From Balamuthia mandrillaris (Eukaryota), in NCBI GenBank assembly GCA_031835245.2, contig JAVKOQ020000037.1:124001-188000 (forward strand): a stretch of DNA of 64,000 nucleotides, given 5' to 3'. The position numbers and the translations under genes are program-made. Below, one piece after another: positions 11,729-31,452 of the stretch. The notes beneath the pieces were generated by a model. The model was not told where the DNA came from, did no database searches, and saw only the letters and a program-made list of their open reading frames with translations. Numbering within the stretch: the stretch's first letter is position 1; each line of letters starts with the position of its first letter.

Positions 11729-12297
11729 TGTTTACTAAAATTAAAATAGCATTTTACGAATTTAAGAACGTACCAAGCGCAAATCGCTTCAAGAACGAAT
11801 ACCGAGAAAAGTTGAACTCGCTGCATCTCCCTCAAGCCACAGCAGACGCCATCGTCGACGAAGCCAACGTTGCCTTTGAGTTGAACATGAAGTTGTTCAT
11901 GGAATTAGAAAACGAGTTGGACGTCTTCTACGATTACATCAAGCAAAGAGAGCAAAACGAAAAGAATGACGACAAACAAGTCGAATCCACTTCCACGTTG
12001 CGGAGGAGAAAGGAACAAGAGAAGGAGAAAAAGAACGAACATCCTGCAACAACAACAACACATGGACAGCATGGCGGCGGCGGAGGGGTGTGCCCTTTTC
12101 ACAAAATGATGGAGGCAGGAAAGAAGAAAGAGGGAGAAGAAAGTTTAACCTCTTCAACGAAAACGGAAAAGCAGCACGCGTCTTCCTCTTCTTCCTCCTC
12201 CTCCTCTTCTTCTAAATACTGTTCTACTGTGGTTCTCGTCTCTGTGATTTCCACTGTTCTCGTTGCTCAAATGATTGCTGCCATTTGTTACTTGTAA
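10187..12297 (+). CDS. HMOX: Heme oxygenase with an N-terminal Cys-Pro repeat domain and C-terminal TM anchor
   Basis: [13 protein letters not shown] (proximal His), [47 protein letters not shown] (distal helix), [22 protein letters not shown] and a hydrophobic tail. Spliced N-terminus carries four CPxFxxxCP[FY] units. Confidence 0.93.
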
Positions 12298-12320
12298 AAC
12301 CAAAAGTTTAAACAAAAGTT

Positions 12321-12536
12321 TCATTCGTGACGAGCATACACGGTCCATTGACCACCATCGCGAGCATAAAAGTCCATAGGATAAACTTCTTGCCATTCGA
12401 TGGCGCGAAGAGCTACCTCTGCCTCGTACGGGTTCAGCAGCGGCTTCTCGAATGCGTACCCCCAATCTATGGACAGTCTTGGGCATGCTATTTGCACCCA
12501 TCTTCAGAAAGAAGAACTGAGTCAGAATAGAGGTGC

Positions 12537-12584
<48 letters not shown>

Positions 12585-13015
12585 TTACGCGTCAATGTCT
12601 TGGAACAAGGAAAGCTTGGCAGGAAAGATTTCAGAGAGGAGAATGACGTTGTAAGGGATGTTTTGAGCTTGCAGCAACCCCTCGATGTGCTAGTTTTTGT
12701 TTTCAAAGTTAACATAAGAAACAACAGGGAGGCATGAAGAGTGCATATATTCACCTTGAGCACGTGAGGACTGCCCTGTCTACCAAGCGTGCCAAGGATG
12801 ACGCCCCATTTACGCGCTTTTGTGGCTTGTGCTATTGCATCTCTGTACATAATCAGCACCACAATCTCTTCGTTAAAAGAAAGAACAAAACAGAACAAAA
12901 GCGCAAGACGAAGAAGGTGTAGTTACTTTCTTATCCGATGCATCTCATCTGTGTCGTACTTTTCGGAAGTGAAGACTTTGCTGTATGGATCATATCTATT
13001 TTGTTGAAGAAACCG

Positions 13016-13051
<36 letters not shown>

Positions 13052-14311
13052 CACAAATAAGTATAACGAACCAAGAAACAAATAAAGACATAGAACAAAG
13101 AAGAATGGGATCAGACAAAAGATTTTGATTTCTTTGAAGTGTAATCATATCGATTTTTCAGTGCCCAGTGGTTGTCATCAGCAGAGAGAAATAGAGAGAG
13201 AGAGAGAGAGAGAGAGAAGAGAGATTACCGATAGGCAAGAAGATGAGGATTGGTGATCATGATTGATTCAAGGTGGAACCGTCCATCACCCAAATAACTA
13301 ACATCAAAAAGAACTTCGTTAAAATCCAAAAGAATACACGTTGATATAGGAGAGAGAGAGACAGAGAGAGGGAGAGAGAGTCGTTACATAAGAGCATCAG
13401 CATCGTTGTCGATCTTAGGAGAGGTACAACCTAGAATCTCTCCTGGAGATAACGGTCTAGCTTGTGGTATGTACACATTGTACCCATCCTCGTTTAACGT
13501 TTGCTTTGCAGCCTTTTTGTTGATGTGTTGTTGTTAGTAAAGAAGGAGAGAATAGCGATGGAATACAGCTAGAGGAAAACAAAGTACGTGAAGAGATGTC
13601 GCAAACTGGATGGTAGCAACAAGAGCCAGCTTTTTGCCTTTTTCAAAGTTGAGTCGCACGGTATCCACAAAGTGCTTCAAGTCGATCTTTATGTCCACAA
13701 AAACGTACAATGTATTCATGTCCGTTATGTCGATCGGCACTTCACGGTGGCAAGATATTTAAAAAAAAACAAAGTAAGAACAACAAGAACAGCACATATA
13801 TGAAGAACAAGAAGCACAAGAAGAAGAAGAACAAAAAGAAGAACAAGAAGAACAAGAAGAAGAACAAGAAGAACACAAGAAGAAGAAGAACAAGAACAAG
13901 AACAAGAAGAAGAACAAGAACAAGAACAAGAACAAGAACAAGAAGAAGAACAGAAGAACAAGAACAAGAAGAAGAACAAGAAGAAGAACAAGAACAAGAA
14001 CAAGAACAAGAACAAGAAGAAGAACAAGAACAAGAACAAGAACAAGAACAAGAACAAGAACAAGAACAAGAACAAGAACAAGAACAAGAACAAGAACAAG
14101 AAAGAAGAAGAAGAAGAAGAAGAAGAAGAAGAAGAACTTCGAAGAGAAGCATGCAGTACCGAGACAGGAGTGACCATAATGAACAAGAAAGTCAGCGCCA
14201 AGAGCTTTGGCCGTAAAGTCATCCACGCAACAGGCACCATACGTCACATCTCCCATCACCACCGTCTCCACTCCCGCAAACCTTTTTTTTTTTTGTTGTT
14301 GTTTCGTTAGA

Positions 14312-14349
<38 letters not shown>

Positions 14350-14699
14350 GCAAACTCTTCAAGAATGTCAGCAATAGGGCAAGCATAGAGCAGGAGGCCC
14401 TCGGGCATCTGCAGGGCGGCCCTCTTCGCTCCCGTCTCTCTCAGCCGCCAAATGGTTTTGGGGATCTCGAAATTGTAGTTGGAGGGGAGCTGAGCGATGC
14501 GAGCCTGAAGCCGCGGGTCGTTGAGGAGTTGCTCCGGAACAGTCTTGGGGGTGCTGTAGACCTTCCTTGTCGTGCTGGGGCCAGCTGAGGAGCTCACAAC
14601 GATGGGTTTGGCGCTGGCGCCTTTGATCCGTTGTTGTTGATTTTGGGGCCTTCGGCCGACAAACTTGCGACGAGGTTTTTTCTCTTGGGCAGGTTCTTC

Positions 14700-14733
<34 letters not shown>

Positions 14734-14813
14734 GTTGGAACAGCAGTGGAATCGTTCATACTGTTGGCGTTGGTGTTGTTGTGGGTCGCTTCGCTGCTTC
14801 TCTTCTCTTCCAT
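12321..14813 (-). CDS. DPH1: Diphthamide biosynthesis protein 1
   Basis: [85 protein letters not shown] and YPMDFY across ~9 exons. Confidence 0.96.
13106..13186 (-). ncRNA. Intronic box C/D snoRNA (snR76/SNORD88-like, LSU Cm2197 equivalent)
   Basis: Minus strand: cTGATGA caac CACTGGGCA CTGA ... ATGATTA ... AGAAATCA ... CTGA. The D' guide is complementary to conserved LSU UGCCCAGUG, and AGAAATCA is complementary to the adjacent UGAUUUCU. Lies in an enlarged DPH1 intron on the sense strand. Confidence 0.82.
13802..14136. repeat. Intronic (AAGAAC)n/(AAG)n microsatellite
   Basis: Long tandem array inside a DPH1 intron. Confidence 0.95.
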
Positions 14814-15138
14814 TTTCTTTCTTCTTTTTTTTTGAACGATCGGACCAATCACAAATCATACAATCCTCGGTGACGTCATCCCAGCCTCAGTTCAAAATGT
14901 CAAGAAATCGAACAGTTTTGCTGAACCATCTCTTCTCGATTTGACGTCCTGAACATGACGTCATTCAGATCGATCCATGTGTCCACGATTTGTACAATTT
15001 AATTGGACAGAATGTTCTCATTTTGACGTCCCAGAAGTGTCGGTTCATTTCTTCTATTTTTCTTTTCTTTTCTGCATATATCATTTTCTTTTCGCTTTGC
15101 TTTACACATATATCTCTCTCCACCCTTTCTATAGAACT

Positions 15139-16110
15139 CTATTTTTGCGTTGCCCTGCCGAGGTACCGCCGTTCCTCAGGCCCCAACACCCAGTCGAACT
15201 CGTTGGCGGTCAACGAGGTTCTTCGTTGCCTAAGACCCCGTCGCTTGCGCAGCGCGTTGTGTTGCTGTCGTTCCCTTTCGAAGAGGGTCATCGTCGTCGT
15301 TGTCGCTGTCCTCGGTGATTCTTCGGCTTGATGGTGTGGTGGTTTGATTCTTTCTTCACCTTTTCCTTGCGTTCTTCTTCTTTTTGAATCGGATTGATGG
15401 GGTGATGGGCTTGTGCTTCCCTTCAGCCTCTTTCCTCTTCTTTGTCTAGGAGATTCTCCCACCTTTTCGTCGACCCCCTCAGCAACTGAAGATGATGGCG
15501 ATGATGAAGTGGATGAGAAAGAAAGAGATGGTGGTGATGATGAACCGAACGCAGAAGAAGAATAAGGTGATTGGGAGATCAAGCTTAAAGGCGATGAACT
15601 TATAACAGATCGAGTTCCACCTGGATTTGAAACAGTTTCTATGATCCAGCGTGATAAGATGGAGGTGATGAGGTTAAACAAAGTCGAAGATCGGAGAGAA
15701 AAAAGAACTCACCGCCAGGATCCATCGTTTGTACCAGTCTCAACAGCTCCCCTTTGGACAGAGGAAGGGAGAGCAAGAACTCGTTTGAAAAACATTCTTT
15801 GCCGAGCTGGTTGCGTTCTCTGGTGGAGCCCGTCATCTGTCCCTTGCAGGGTTGAAGGGAAGACAGGTTGGATACGCCTGCAGAGCAAGAGGAGATGAAA
15901 AGACGAAACGAAAAGGTAAAGATAAGAGAGAAAAAGGTTGAAAAGAAGAGATGGAGAGGGTCCCATTTCAGTCTCCTTAGAGAGTTACAGGAATGAATGT
16001 ACGACGCCTTTGCTCTGTTTGGTTTTGCAGAGAGTCAGATTATGTCGCAGGAAACTGATGGAGATATAGAATGTTTGATCAGCAGAGAGCCAGCGGTACC
16101 GGTTACCTTG
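15139..16110 (-). CDS. Hypothetical Ser-rich protein (5' end uncertain)
   Basis: Plausible GT-AG introns at ~15638-15712 and ~15879-16002 join LPLSKGELLRLVQTMDPG to a Ser-rich last exon ending RRTSLTANEFDWVLGPEERRYLGRATQK*. No family recognised. Confidence 0.45.
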
Positions 16111-16356
16111 GCCGAAATGGAACGAAAAGCTCAAAAAGCGACAGCACGCGAGTGATCATCTCAGATGAAAAATTATTCAACAATTTTCCCCGTTTCTACC
16201 TATTTAAGAAAATAATTTGTGATAATTATCATTTTCGCAGCAAAAATCCAAAATTTTAGGATAATTTGTGTCGTACGATAAATTCCAAGATTGTTGTAGA
16301 TTGTCGATTGGTTGTCGACAATAAAACAAATCAAAGAGAAAAGAAAAAAGAAAGAG

Positions 16357-18228
16357 ATGACCTCTTCTTCTTCTTCGCATCTGGCTCACGCGGTGCAGCG
16401 ACTTCTCTCCAGGCTAGAACAACAAGAAGAAGCAGAAGGAGAGGAAAACCTGCTCCCAGCAGCCTCTCATCTTCTGTTCAGCCAGCTGCTGGCCCTCCAT
16501 GTCGACAAAAACGACGCAAAAGATTTCCTCCAGCTGAAAGCGTTGGTCGGCAGCATGTATCCCACCGCCTATGGGAGCTGCATAGACGCCACCATGAGCC
16601 ACCTGCTTTCCTTCTCCAAAGAGACGCTGCTGCAAACGCTCGAAAACCTCGCTCTGCTCCTCGCTTGCGAAGAAGAAGAGCAAGACTCGACCAAGCCACG
16701 GAACAGCTCGTCGACCTCCACGGCGCTGGAGCTCTCTCGTCACTGGGTCACTCTCTTCTCGTTGCTGCTGCAGCAAAGCGCGGAGGCCGATCTGCTCTCG
16801 CTCGTCTTTTCGCTGCTGGAGAGAAGCCTGCCGGAGGTCAGGAGCATGCCGCTGCTGTTTGACGCCGTGAGGAAGACGCTCCTCCATTTCTTTGCCATGT
16901 TGCAGAGCCGCACTCTGCGTTATTCTTCAGCTTCTGCTGCTGTTGGAGAGGAGCAATGTATGGAGAGTGCAGTTGTGGAGGCTCTGAAGCGAATGTGTAC
17001 GTGCCCTCCTGTGTTCTCTTTCTCTCTTTTTTTCAGTTGCTTCTTTTCTTTCTCTGTCTCATTCTTGACATTTCATCTTCTCTGTTCTTCTCCGCTTCTC
17101 TCTCTCTCTCTCTCTCCGATTTACAAAATAATAGTATCACAACTGCCCCAACGCCGACGTTTCTCCAACCAAGAGGATGACGAACCGCCCCAGAGCAGTT
17201 TAGAACGAGAATACTTGCTGTTGTCTCACATCTTTGACCTAGTCCTCGACTTTACCTTCTCCACACAAGCAGATGGCACGCTTCGCCCAAAACGATTTCA
17301 GGATTCTGTTGTTCCTCTCACATCGCCTCTTTCATCATCATCTACTTCCTCTCCTCCTTCTGGAGTGGTACGAGACGGAGGAGGAACGGTGACGACGACG
17401 GTGGATCGTCTTTTAGCTCCAGCTTATGTACCACCCGCCAATTCGCTTTTCCCTCCGTCAACCATGTTCCGAAATCTTCCTCTCCTTTCTCATTCCTTCT
17501 CTTTTGTCTCTTCTTCTGCATCCAGTTCCTCTACTTCTAGTTCTTCTTGTTCTTCTTCTTCTTCTTCTTCTTCTTCTTCTTCGAGCATACTACGCCAAAA
17601 TCGTAAACGAAAACTCCCAACCTTACTCACAGACAACTCAAATGCTTCTTCTGCTTCAAACAAGCATAACTTTGTATCTCCTGTTGTAAATGTCGGGGTT
17701 GGCGGAGGAAGCACGTTGTCAAAGTTGGAGAAAGCACACATGAAGCGGAAGTTACGGAGGGGAGAAGCGTTTCAAGAAAGTCTTTTGGTAGAGGCGGCCG
17801 CTATGCAGGCCAATCGGAGCGACATCATTCATTTGCTTTCTCTCTGTATCAATTCTTCTCCTTCTTTTGGTACCTTGTGCTCTTCCTTCTATTTCCGTTT
17901 CCCTACTCCTTTCTCCTTTCCTTCTATTGCTAATTGAAGAAAAACAATCCAGAAAATAGAGCCCAGCGTATGTCTTTGTTGACGGACTTGGTGCTGAGTC
18001 GTATATCATACACTCAGGAGCCAAGACCCAGCTATGACCAGTTAACTTTCGTTATCTTTTTGCTCGCTTTTGCTCCTTTCTGCTCTCTTACATTCATAAC
18101 ACAAAGGTACAAGGACATCCTGCCAAGACGACCCAACTTCCCAAGGGATCAGTTCACGCAAAAGATTTTCACTCAAAACCCAATCCTGCTCAGTCTCTTT
18201 GAACTCATTGCTGAAGGTTTCTTCCTCT

Positions 18229-18282
<54 letters not shown>

Positions 18283-18806
18283 TCTCTCTCTCTCTTTCTC
18301 TCTCTCTCTGTTTCTCTCTCTTTCTCTCTTGCTGACGAGGTACAAACAACACCTTAGTGCCAAGTGTGTTCTGCCGGTGTTTGGAGGTCATCAAAAGCCT
18401 TTTGGTCTTCGTCACAAGCCACTGGAACGCTGAGCTCAACCCAAAGCCCTCCCTCTCTCCCCTCTTCCTCTTCACCTGCCGCTTGATGGAGATCCTTCGC
18501 AAGGTGGAATGGGTGCCGCCTCCTCTTTCCCAGTGCGCTCAGGTCTTTGCTCACGTCTCTCCCGCCGAGATCGCCGCCATCCTCATGGACGTTTGGGGCT
18601 TCATTCGAGACTACCCTCCTTCTCCCTCCGCCTACGCTGTTGTTGCTATCACCGACAAAGACGAGGAAGAAAGAACGAAGAGAGGGGAGAAAGAGAAGAG
18701 GAAGTTTGATGGGCAATGCTCCGTGGTGCCGTACATGTTTAACCTCAAGACCGTGCTGCGTTGCAATGTGGAGAAGCTTGCTCCATATTATGCCACATTC
18801 TTCTGA
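16357..18806 (+). CDS. INTS5: Integrator complex subunit 5-like
   Basis: C-terminal FTQNPILLSLFELIA..PSVFCRCLEVIKSLL..SHWNA..CRLMEIL..VPPPL..VFAHVSPAEIAAILMDVWGFIRDYPPSP..LKTVLRCNVEKL matches the recalled INTS5 C-terminus (FREQPLLFELLKLVA..PALCYC..GHWEA..LPPAL..VFSQLAPFEV..LSVWGFLREHGPLP..LHSVLHRNIDRL). Confidence 0.75.
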
Positions 18807-18833
18807 GTTAAATAATATCTCTTCCACTATACA

Positions 18834-19234
18834 TTACAAAAACAGATCAGCAGAGAAATCCCGACTGCTTCGTCTCTGTGTTGTCTTGTCCTCTGTTTTG
18901 TTCTTGTCGCTGGCGGCTGTTTGCTGCTGCCACCGCTGGTAGGCCTCCGTCAGTCGACACCATTCCTCCAGGCCAAGGTCCTGCGGGCGACGCTCCGCCG
19001 GCAGCCCCGATAGCCCCAAGATAGCTTCTGCCGCCCCTTCCCCTAATTTCCTGGGGTTATTCCACACGGTGTGTTTGTGATGAGTAAAACGAAGAAAGAA
19101 ATGTAAACAGAAAGAAAAGAAAGAGCGGTTCAGAAAGAACGCAGCGATGATTTGGTTATAATCATGAGTTTGTGAATGTGAATCTTTTTCATACGTTCAA
19201 TTCATCTTTAAAAGACACAAAAGAATAGCGAGAG

Positions 19235-19273
<39 letters not shown>

Positions 19274-20820
19274 ACCGTAAAGCATTGGTAAGCACTTTTC
19301 GACGAAGGCCCATCACTTCTCTGCAGACATGCTCCAACGCCGCTATATCCACTGTTTTTTGTTGTCATATAAACAGAGTCAACATAAAAGGAGAGGAGAA
19401 AGAAAGAAAAGAAAGAAAAGGAAGATTCTTCATTCAGTAGGAAGGCAGTAGGTAATTATTTTTTGCTTCTTCACTGGCAAACTCCGCTAATACCATTCAT
19501 CTCCATGAAGCTAGACAAGAAAGAGAACAGAAAGAGAGAGAGAGAAGAGAAAAGAAAAGGCGGAAAGAACCTTCAGCGACGGGCTTTTCACGAGGTATGA
19601 CAGTAACCAACGTCCCTGATACCTTTTTGTTAGGAGAAACAATTGCAAGTGTTAGAGGCACGCGGAATGAAAAAAAAAAAGGGAGAAATAAAGAAAATGA
19701 TAAAAGCTTCAGATTTAAAAAGCTCGAATGTTTGATTTTCAACAACGTATATTCAGCGTTGGATCTCAGTTGTATCATCAACAGCCCATAGTATAAGAAA
19801 GAAAGACTAAAGAGGAGGGAAGGAAGCAAACAAACCTTGGGTGGAGGCACAAAAGCGGAGCCCGGAATGCGGTAAGCATACCGCGCTGTACAATTCACCC
19901 CCGTCATCACCGAAAGACGACCATACTCCGGAGTACCTGGCAGCGCAAATATTCGCTCGCCAACCTCCGTTTGGAACAAGAGCGTCATCGGCGCTCTCCC
20001 TTTTTCACAAAAAAAGTTTGTTAATACCGGCAATAACGCGAGATGGGTGCAGAAAGGGAAGGGAGAGGAGGAGTCACCATGAGCAAAGGGTCCTTTCCGT
20101 GAAGGGATTTGTCGTAACCACTTCAATAGCAACTCCGTGGCCACGTTAAACGGCAGATTGCCAACAATCTGAACCGGTGACTCTATTTATTTAAAAAAAA
20201 AACAGTGAGATCGACTGCAAAAGCAGAACTACCAGGTAGTAACGAACCATCTTCCCAAGAAGAAGCTTTGGGCTCCCCTCGAAGCAGCTCCTCCTCGTCA
20301 ACCTGCAGGGCGTCCGCAAAGTGGAGCTCCAGCCGGCCCTGAGCGACGTTGGCCAAGGTCTCCAGGGCGGGCCGAAAGCGAGTGTCCTTCTCGATGGCGA
20401 TGACCTTGCGGGCGCCCGCCTTGAGCAGGCTGCGGGTGAGGCCGCCGGGGCCAGGTCCGACCTCGATGCAGGTGCTGCCGGCTACTTTGGGCACGCTGCG
20501 AACCACTCTGTCTTTTATCAAATTTTAAGGACATCGTTTGTGCGTTGTGTGTGGATTGGTGTGTGTGTTTTTTTTTTTTGCGGATGATTGATTTTTGTGA
20601 TTTGTTGTGGTTTGATTTTTGTGGTGAGTGAGTGTAAGATGAAGCGGAGTGGAGGGGGGGGCGGAGGAAAAAAAAAAGAGAGAGATGAAAAAAAGAGTAA
20701 AAAAATATTGTTACCTGTGATATTGAGGTCCAACAAAAAGTTTTGCGCCAGGTCCTTCTTGCTGACCAGGCCGTACATGCGGACCAACTCCGCCGGGGAG
20801 GGCATCGCTGGTAGCTTCAT
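18834..20820 (-). CDS. TFB1M: Mitochondrial rRNA adenine dimethyltransferase (KsgA/Dim1 family, TFB1M-like)
   Basis: LPAMPSPAELVRMYGL..KDLAQNFLLDLNIT, IEVGPGPGGLTRSLL, IEKDTRF, IVGNLPFNVAT, LLKWL, MTLLFQTEVGERI, RLSVM, AFVPPPKV, RRKVL; ~7 exons. Confidence 0.9.
19123..19210 (-). ncRNA. Intronic box C/D snoRNA guiding 5.8S rRNA Am (GAAGA*ACG)
   Basis: D-box guide TCGCTGCGTTCTT-t-CTGA is a 13-nt complement of conserved 5.8S AAGAACGCAGCGA. The C box is degenerate (aAGATGA or cGTATGA), so the 5' end is uncertain. Lies in the last TFB1M intron on the sense strand. Confidence 0.75.
19428..19510 (-). ncRNA. Intronic box C/D snoRNA guiding SSU Am420 (yeast) / Am468 (human) equivalent
   Basis: 6-bp terminal stem CTTCAT/ATGAAG, C-like gAGATGA, and guide CCTaCTGCCTTCCT-a-CTGA complementary to SSU AGGAAGGCAGCAGG with one mismatch. 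Confidence 0.82.
19706..19785 (-). ncRNA. Intronic double-guide box C/D snoRNA (SSU Am668 and Gm683 human equivalents)
   Basis: GCT..TGATGA, D' guide AGATCCAAC-g-CTGA (complement of SSU GUUGGAUCU), C'-like TTGTTGA, D guide CGAGCTTTTTAA-at-CTGA (complement of SSU UUAAAAAGCUCG), closing AGC stem. Confidence 0.88.
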
Positions 20821-21152
20821 GACCCCCTTTTTCCCCCTTTTCTTTTCTTTTCTCTTAATTTTATTCTTTTCTGTTTAAAATTTTTCTTTTTTTTTTGTGG
20901 ATATGTCGACCAAAAATATTTGATTATCTGTCGACTTTCCCACCAATGGGATGGAAGGAGTGACGTCATGCATTTCCGTCAAGTCGACATGAGAATTGTT
21001 AATTGTTCTTTTTCTTCTTCTCGTTATTCTCCTTCCTTCTTGTTCTTCTTGTTCTTCTTCTTCTTGTTCTTCTTCTTCTTCTTCTTCTTCTTCTTCTTGT
21101 TCTTAAGATGAGATACCCAAAAGCCCAAAGTGTATGAAGCAAGACACCAAAT

Positions 21153-28677
<7,525 letters not shown>

Positions 28678-29094
28678 TGGAAACGAAAATCGGCTTCACG
28701 TGTGTGTGCGTGCGAACCAACTTTTTCTTGCTTTCCTCTCCTTTATGATCCTTTTTATTGGCTGCAAAAGTTCACGGCGATAAATTGCTGATACTACCTC
28801 AATAATATTAATATTTTCGCAGAATTACCAGATAATTGCGATAAATACCCACAACTGTAAAAATAACACCGCAATCGTCAAAAATTCTATATTTTCGGCA
28901 AAACGTAAGATAATTCGATAAACACGCAACAATTAACTATCTTCGTCGTCGATAATCCGATGTCGACAAAAATTTACCACCTGGTGGTTATATGAGGAGT
29001 AGTTTCATGCCTGTTGGCGAAACAAGCAGCAACGTGAGAGAGAGAGAACCACAAAAGCAGGGAGCGAACAAACCTCTGTTTTTCTCTTCAACAG

Positions 29095-31420
29095 ATGGCA
29101 ACCCAAAAAACTTCTCCACCCGCTGCTTCGTCAGCATCCTCATCAGCTCAGGTTAGTCTCACGAGGCGTAGCCGCCAGTTTTGGGAGCAGGACGTTCGAA
29201 GGCAATCGGGCGGAGGTCCTTTGCCTTTCTCTCTCTCTGAGGATCTTCCTTCGGACCTACCGACCAAAGATCTGAAACGGTTCTGGGAGCAGAAAGTGGC
29301 CGAGGCTTCTTCTAGAGAAGGTTCCATTGGCAGAGAAGAAGGAAGAGGTTCCATGATCCTCCCAATGGCAAGAGACAGAAGCGCAAGCATTGATGCAACC
29401 CCTTTCAAGTATCCCTCGGCTATAACGCCCAGAGGGACCTATGAACCTATTTTTAGGCCAAGAAGAACCCCTGTTCTAGAGGCATTTCAACCACTGACTC
29501 CACGCGCGGAGGAAGAAACTGCCACCTACTTTAGAAAGGTTGAAGATGGTAGGAACAGCAACCCAAGAGATGATACGTCAAGCAACAACGCACAGGGGCT
29601 AAAGAACGAAGAACAGAAGGGAAACACAGAAGTTATCAACACCACAGTTGCAAAAGTGCATGAGACAACCACGCGGAAACATGTATCGGAGCAAAATGAG
29701 GTGCGAGGCCGGCCTCGTTCTGCTGTCCTTTCCTCGTCCCCTACCGTGCCAACTACTTCTCCACTCTCATCATCCGCTTCCTCTGCATCTTCTTCGGAGG
29801 TAAAAGAAGACATATCAGCAGCACGAAAACGAGCTGCTCTCTTGCTGTCTCCTCGAGGCGACGGACTGGAATTGCTGGAAGACAAAAACGAAAGCCAAGA
29901 AAGCGCCTACGGTAAGAACATGGAGAGAAGAGGAAGCAATGCCCAACAAAAAGCCATTCAGTTAAAGGCCCTTCGGTCGCTGGCCCACCAATCCATTCCA
30001 ACAGAGATGTTGCAGTTCAAGGTATCCTCCAGAAGAGAGCGCCTCTCCATGATGAAAGACCGAAGCCAAAGCGATGCCGGACCAACAACAGATCTATCCA
30101 GAATCCTAATGGAAGAAGCTATGAAGAAGGGAGAAACCAACGGCAGCAACAACACCCCGAAGACCAGAACTCAAAGCCACTTGAGTTTAGAAGCGGTTCA
30201 GCGAGTTGGTGTACAGTGGAGCAGTGGAGAGGACGAACAGGGATCATCCTCCTCCTCTTCCAGCTTATCTTCTTCGTCCTCTTCTTCGTCGATTGCCTCA
30301 GCTCATCGACAACAGAAGCGACATTATCACCGAAGACGGAGAGCAAAACTTGAAAAGAACGAAGAGGATGGCAAAGAGGAACGAACGGAAGAGAACCACA
30401 AAAAAGAAATGTCGGGAGAGGCTACTGATAAAGCAGGAGCGGAAAGCAGTCAGAATGTGTGGAAAGAGGAGAGCAAGGCAGGAAAGGAGGAACAAAAAAT
30501 GCCTTCATCACGTTCTCGTTCACGTTCAAGCTTCGACATGGGCACCTTGAGAAGACCTCCAAAGCAAGCCCCCAAAGAGAAGGTGGTGACCATGGCCCTG
30601 GACGACGACGTTTTGTCAAAACAAAGACGACCTTTTCTTGTAGAAGAAGGAACAGAAACCGAACAAACGGAAGATGGAAAATACGAAGGGGAGGCGGAGG
30701 AAGAGCAAGAAACGGAAGAGTGGGATGACGCCAAGTCCTCCTCAACATCAAGCAGCATACGGCGACGAAGAGGCAGCAAAGGAGGTTCTTTTGTTCGTCG
30801 GGATGGGACTGGAAGAAGACTTAGCGTCGGTCCAACGGAAGAAGATAGCCATGTCTCAATGACATCAGGGACCACTATTGCTTCAACCGCCAGTCCGGCA
30901 ACGAAAGACGGAGGAGACGTATCCAGCGCCCCTTCGTCAGGGAGGAATAGTGTGCGCATCAAAGAGAGCGCCAAGGAAAGCATCTTGAGAGAAGGCATTC
31001 GGTTGTTCAACGACTCAAAGCATCCGATGGAGGGGATCGAGTATCTGATGGAGCAGGGAGTGGTTGGCAAGGCTCCCACCGACATCGCCCGTTTCCTGCA
31101 CAACAACAAGGCATTGAACAAAAGTCAGCTCGGCATTCTCTTTGGCGAAGGGTATCTCCACCTGTCCTTCCACCTTGTTTGACTCCCTCTTCTGAAACCA
31201 TCTGTATCTTATCTTCTAAAGAGAGGAGATGGCAGGAAAGATATTAGATGCATATATCAAGCAAATGGACTTCGCGCTCTATGACTTTGACGTGGCGCTG
31301 CGCAAACTGCTTCTCACCTTCAAACTCCCTGGAGAGGCACAGCGCATTGATCGCATCATGAAGTGCTGGGCCGGACATTACTTTGTTCAAAATCCTGATG
31401 TCTTTCCACAACAGAGTTCG

Positions 31421-31452
<32 letters not shown>

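Noticed and set aside
15139..15836. TAF12/histone-fold resemblance (LSKGELLRLVQTMDP; RRTSLTANEFDWVL)
   Set aside because: The long central helix is missing in the most plausible splice form, so similarity is too weak to call.
19428..19510. U14 snoRNA identity
   Set aside because: The guide overlaps the U14 target region but D+5 falls six nt downstream of the U14 Cm site, and no U14 domain A was seen.
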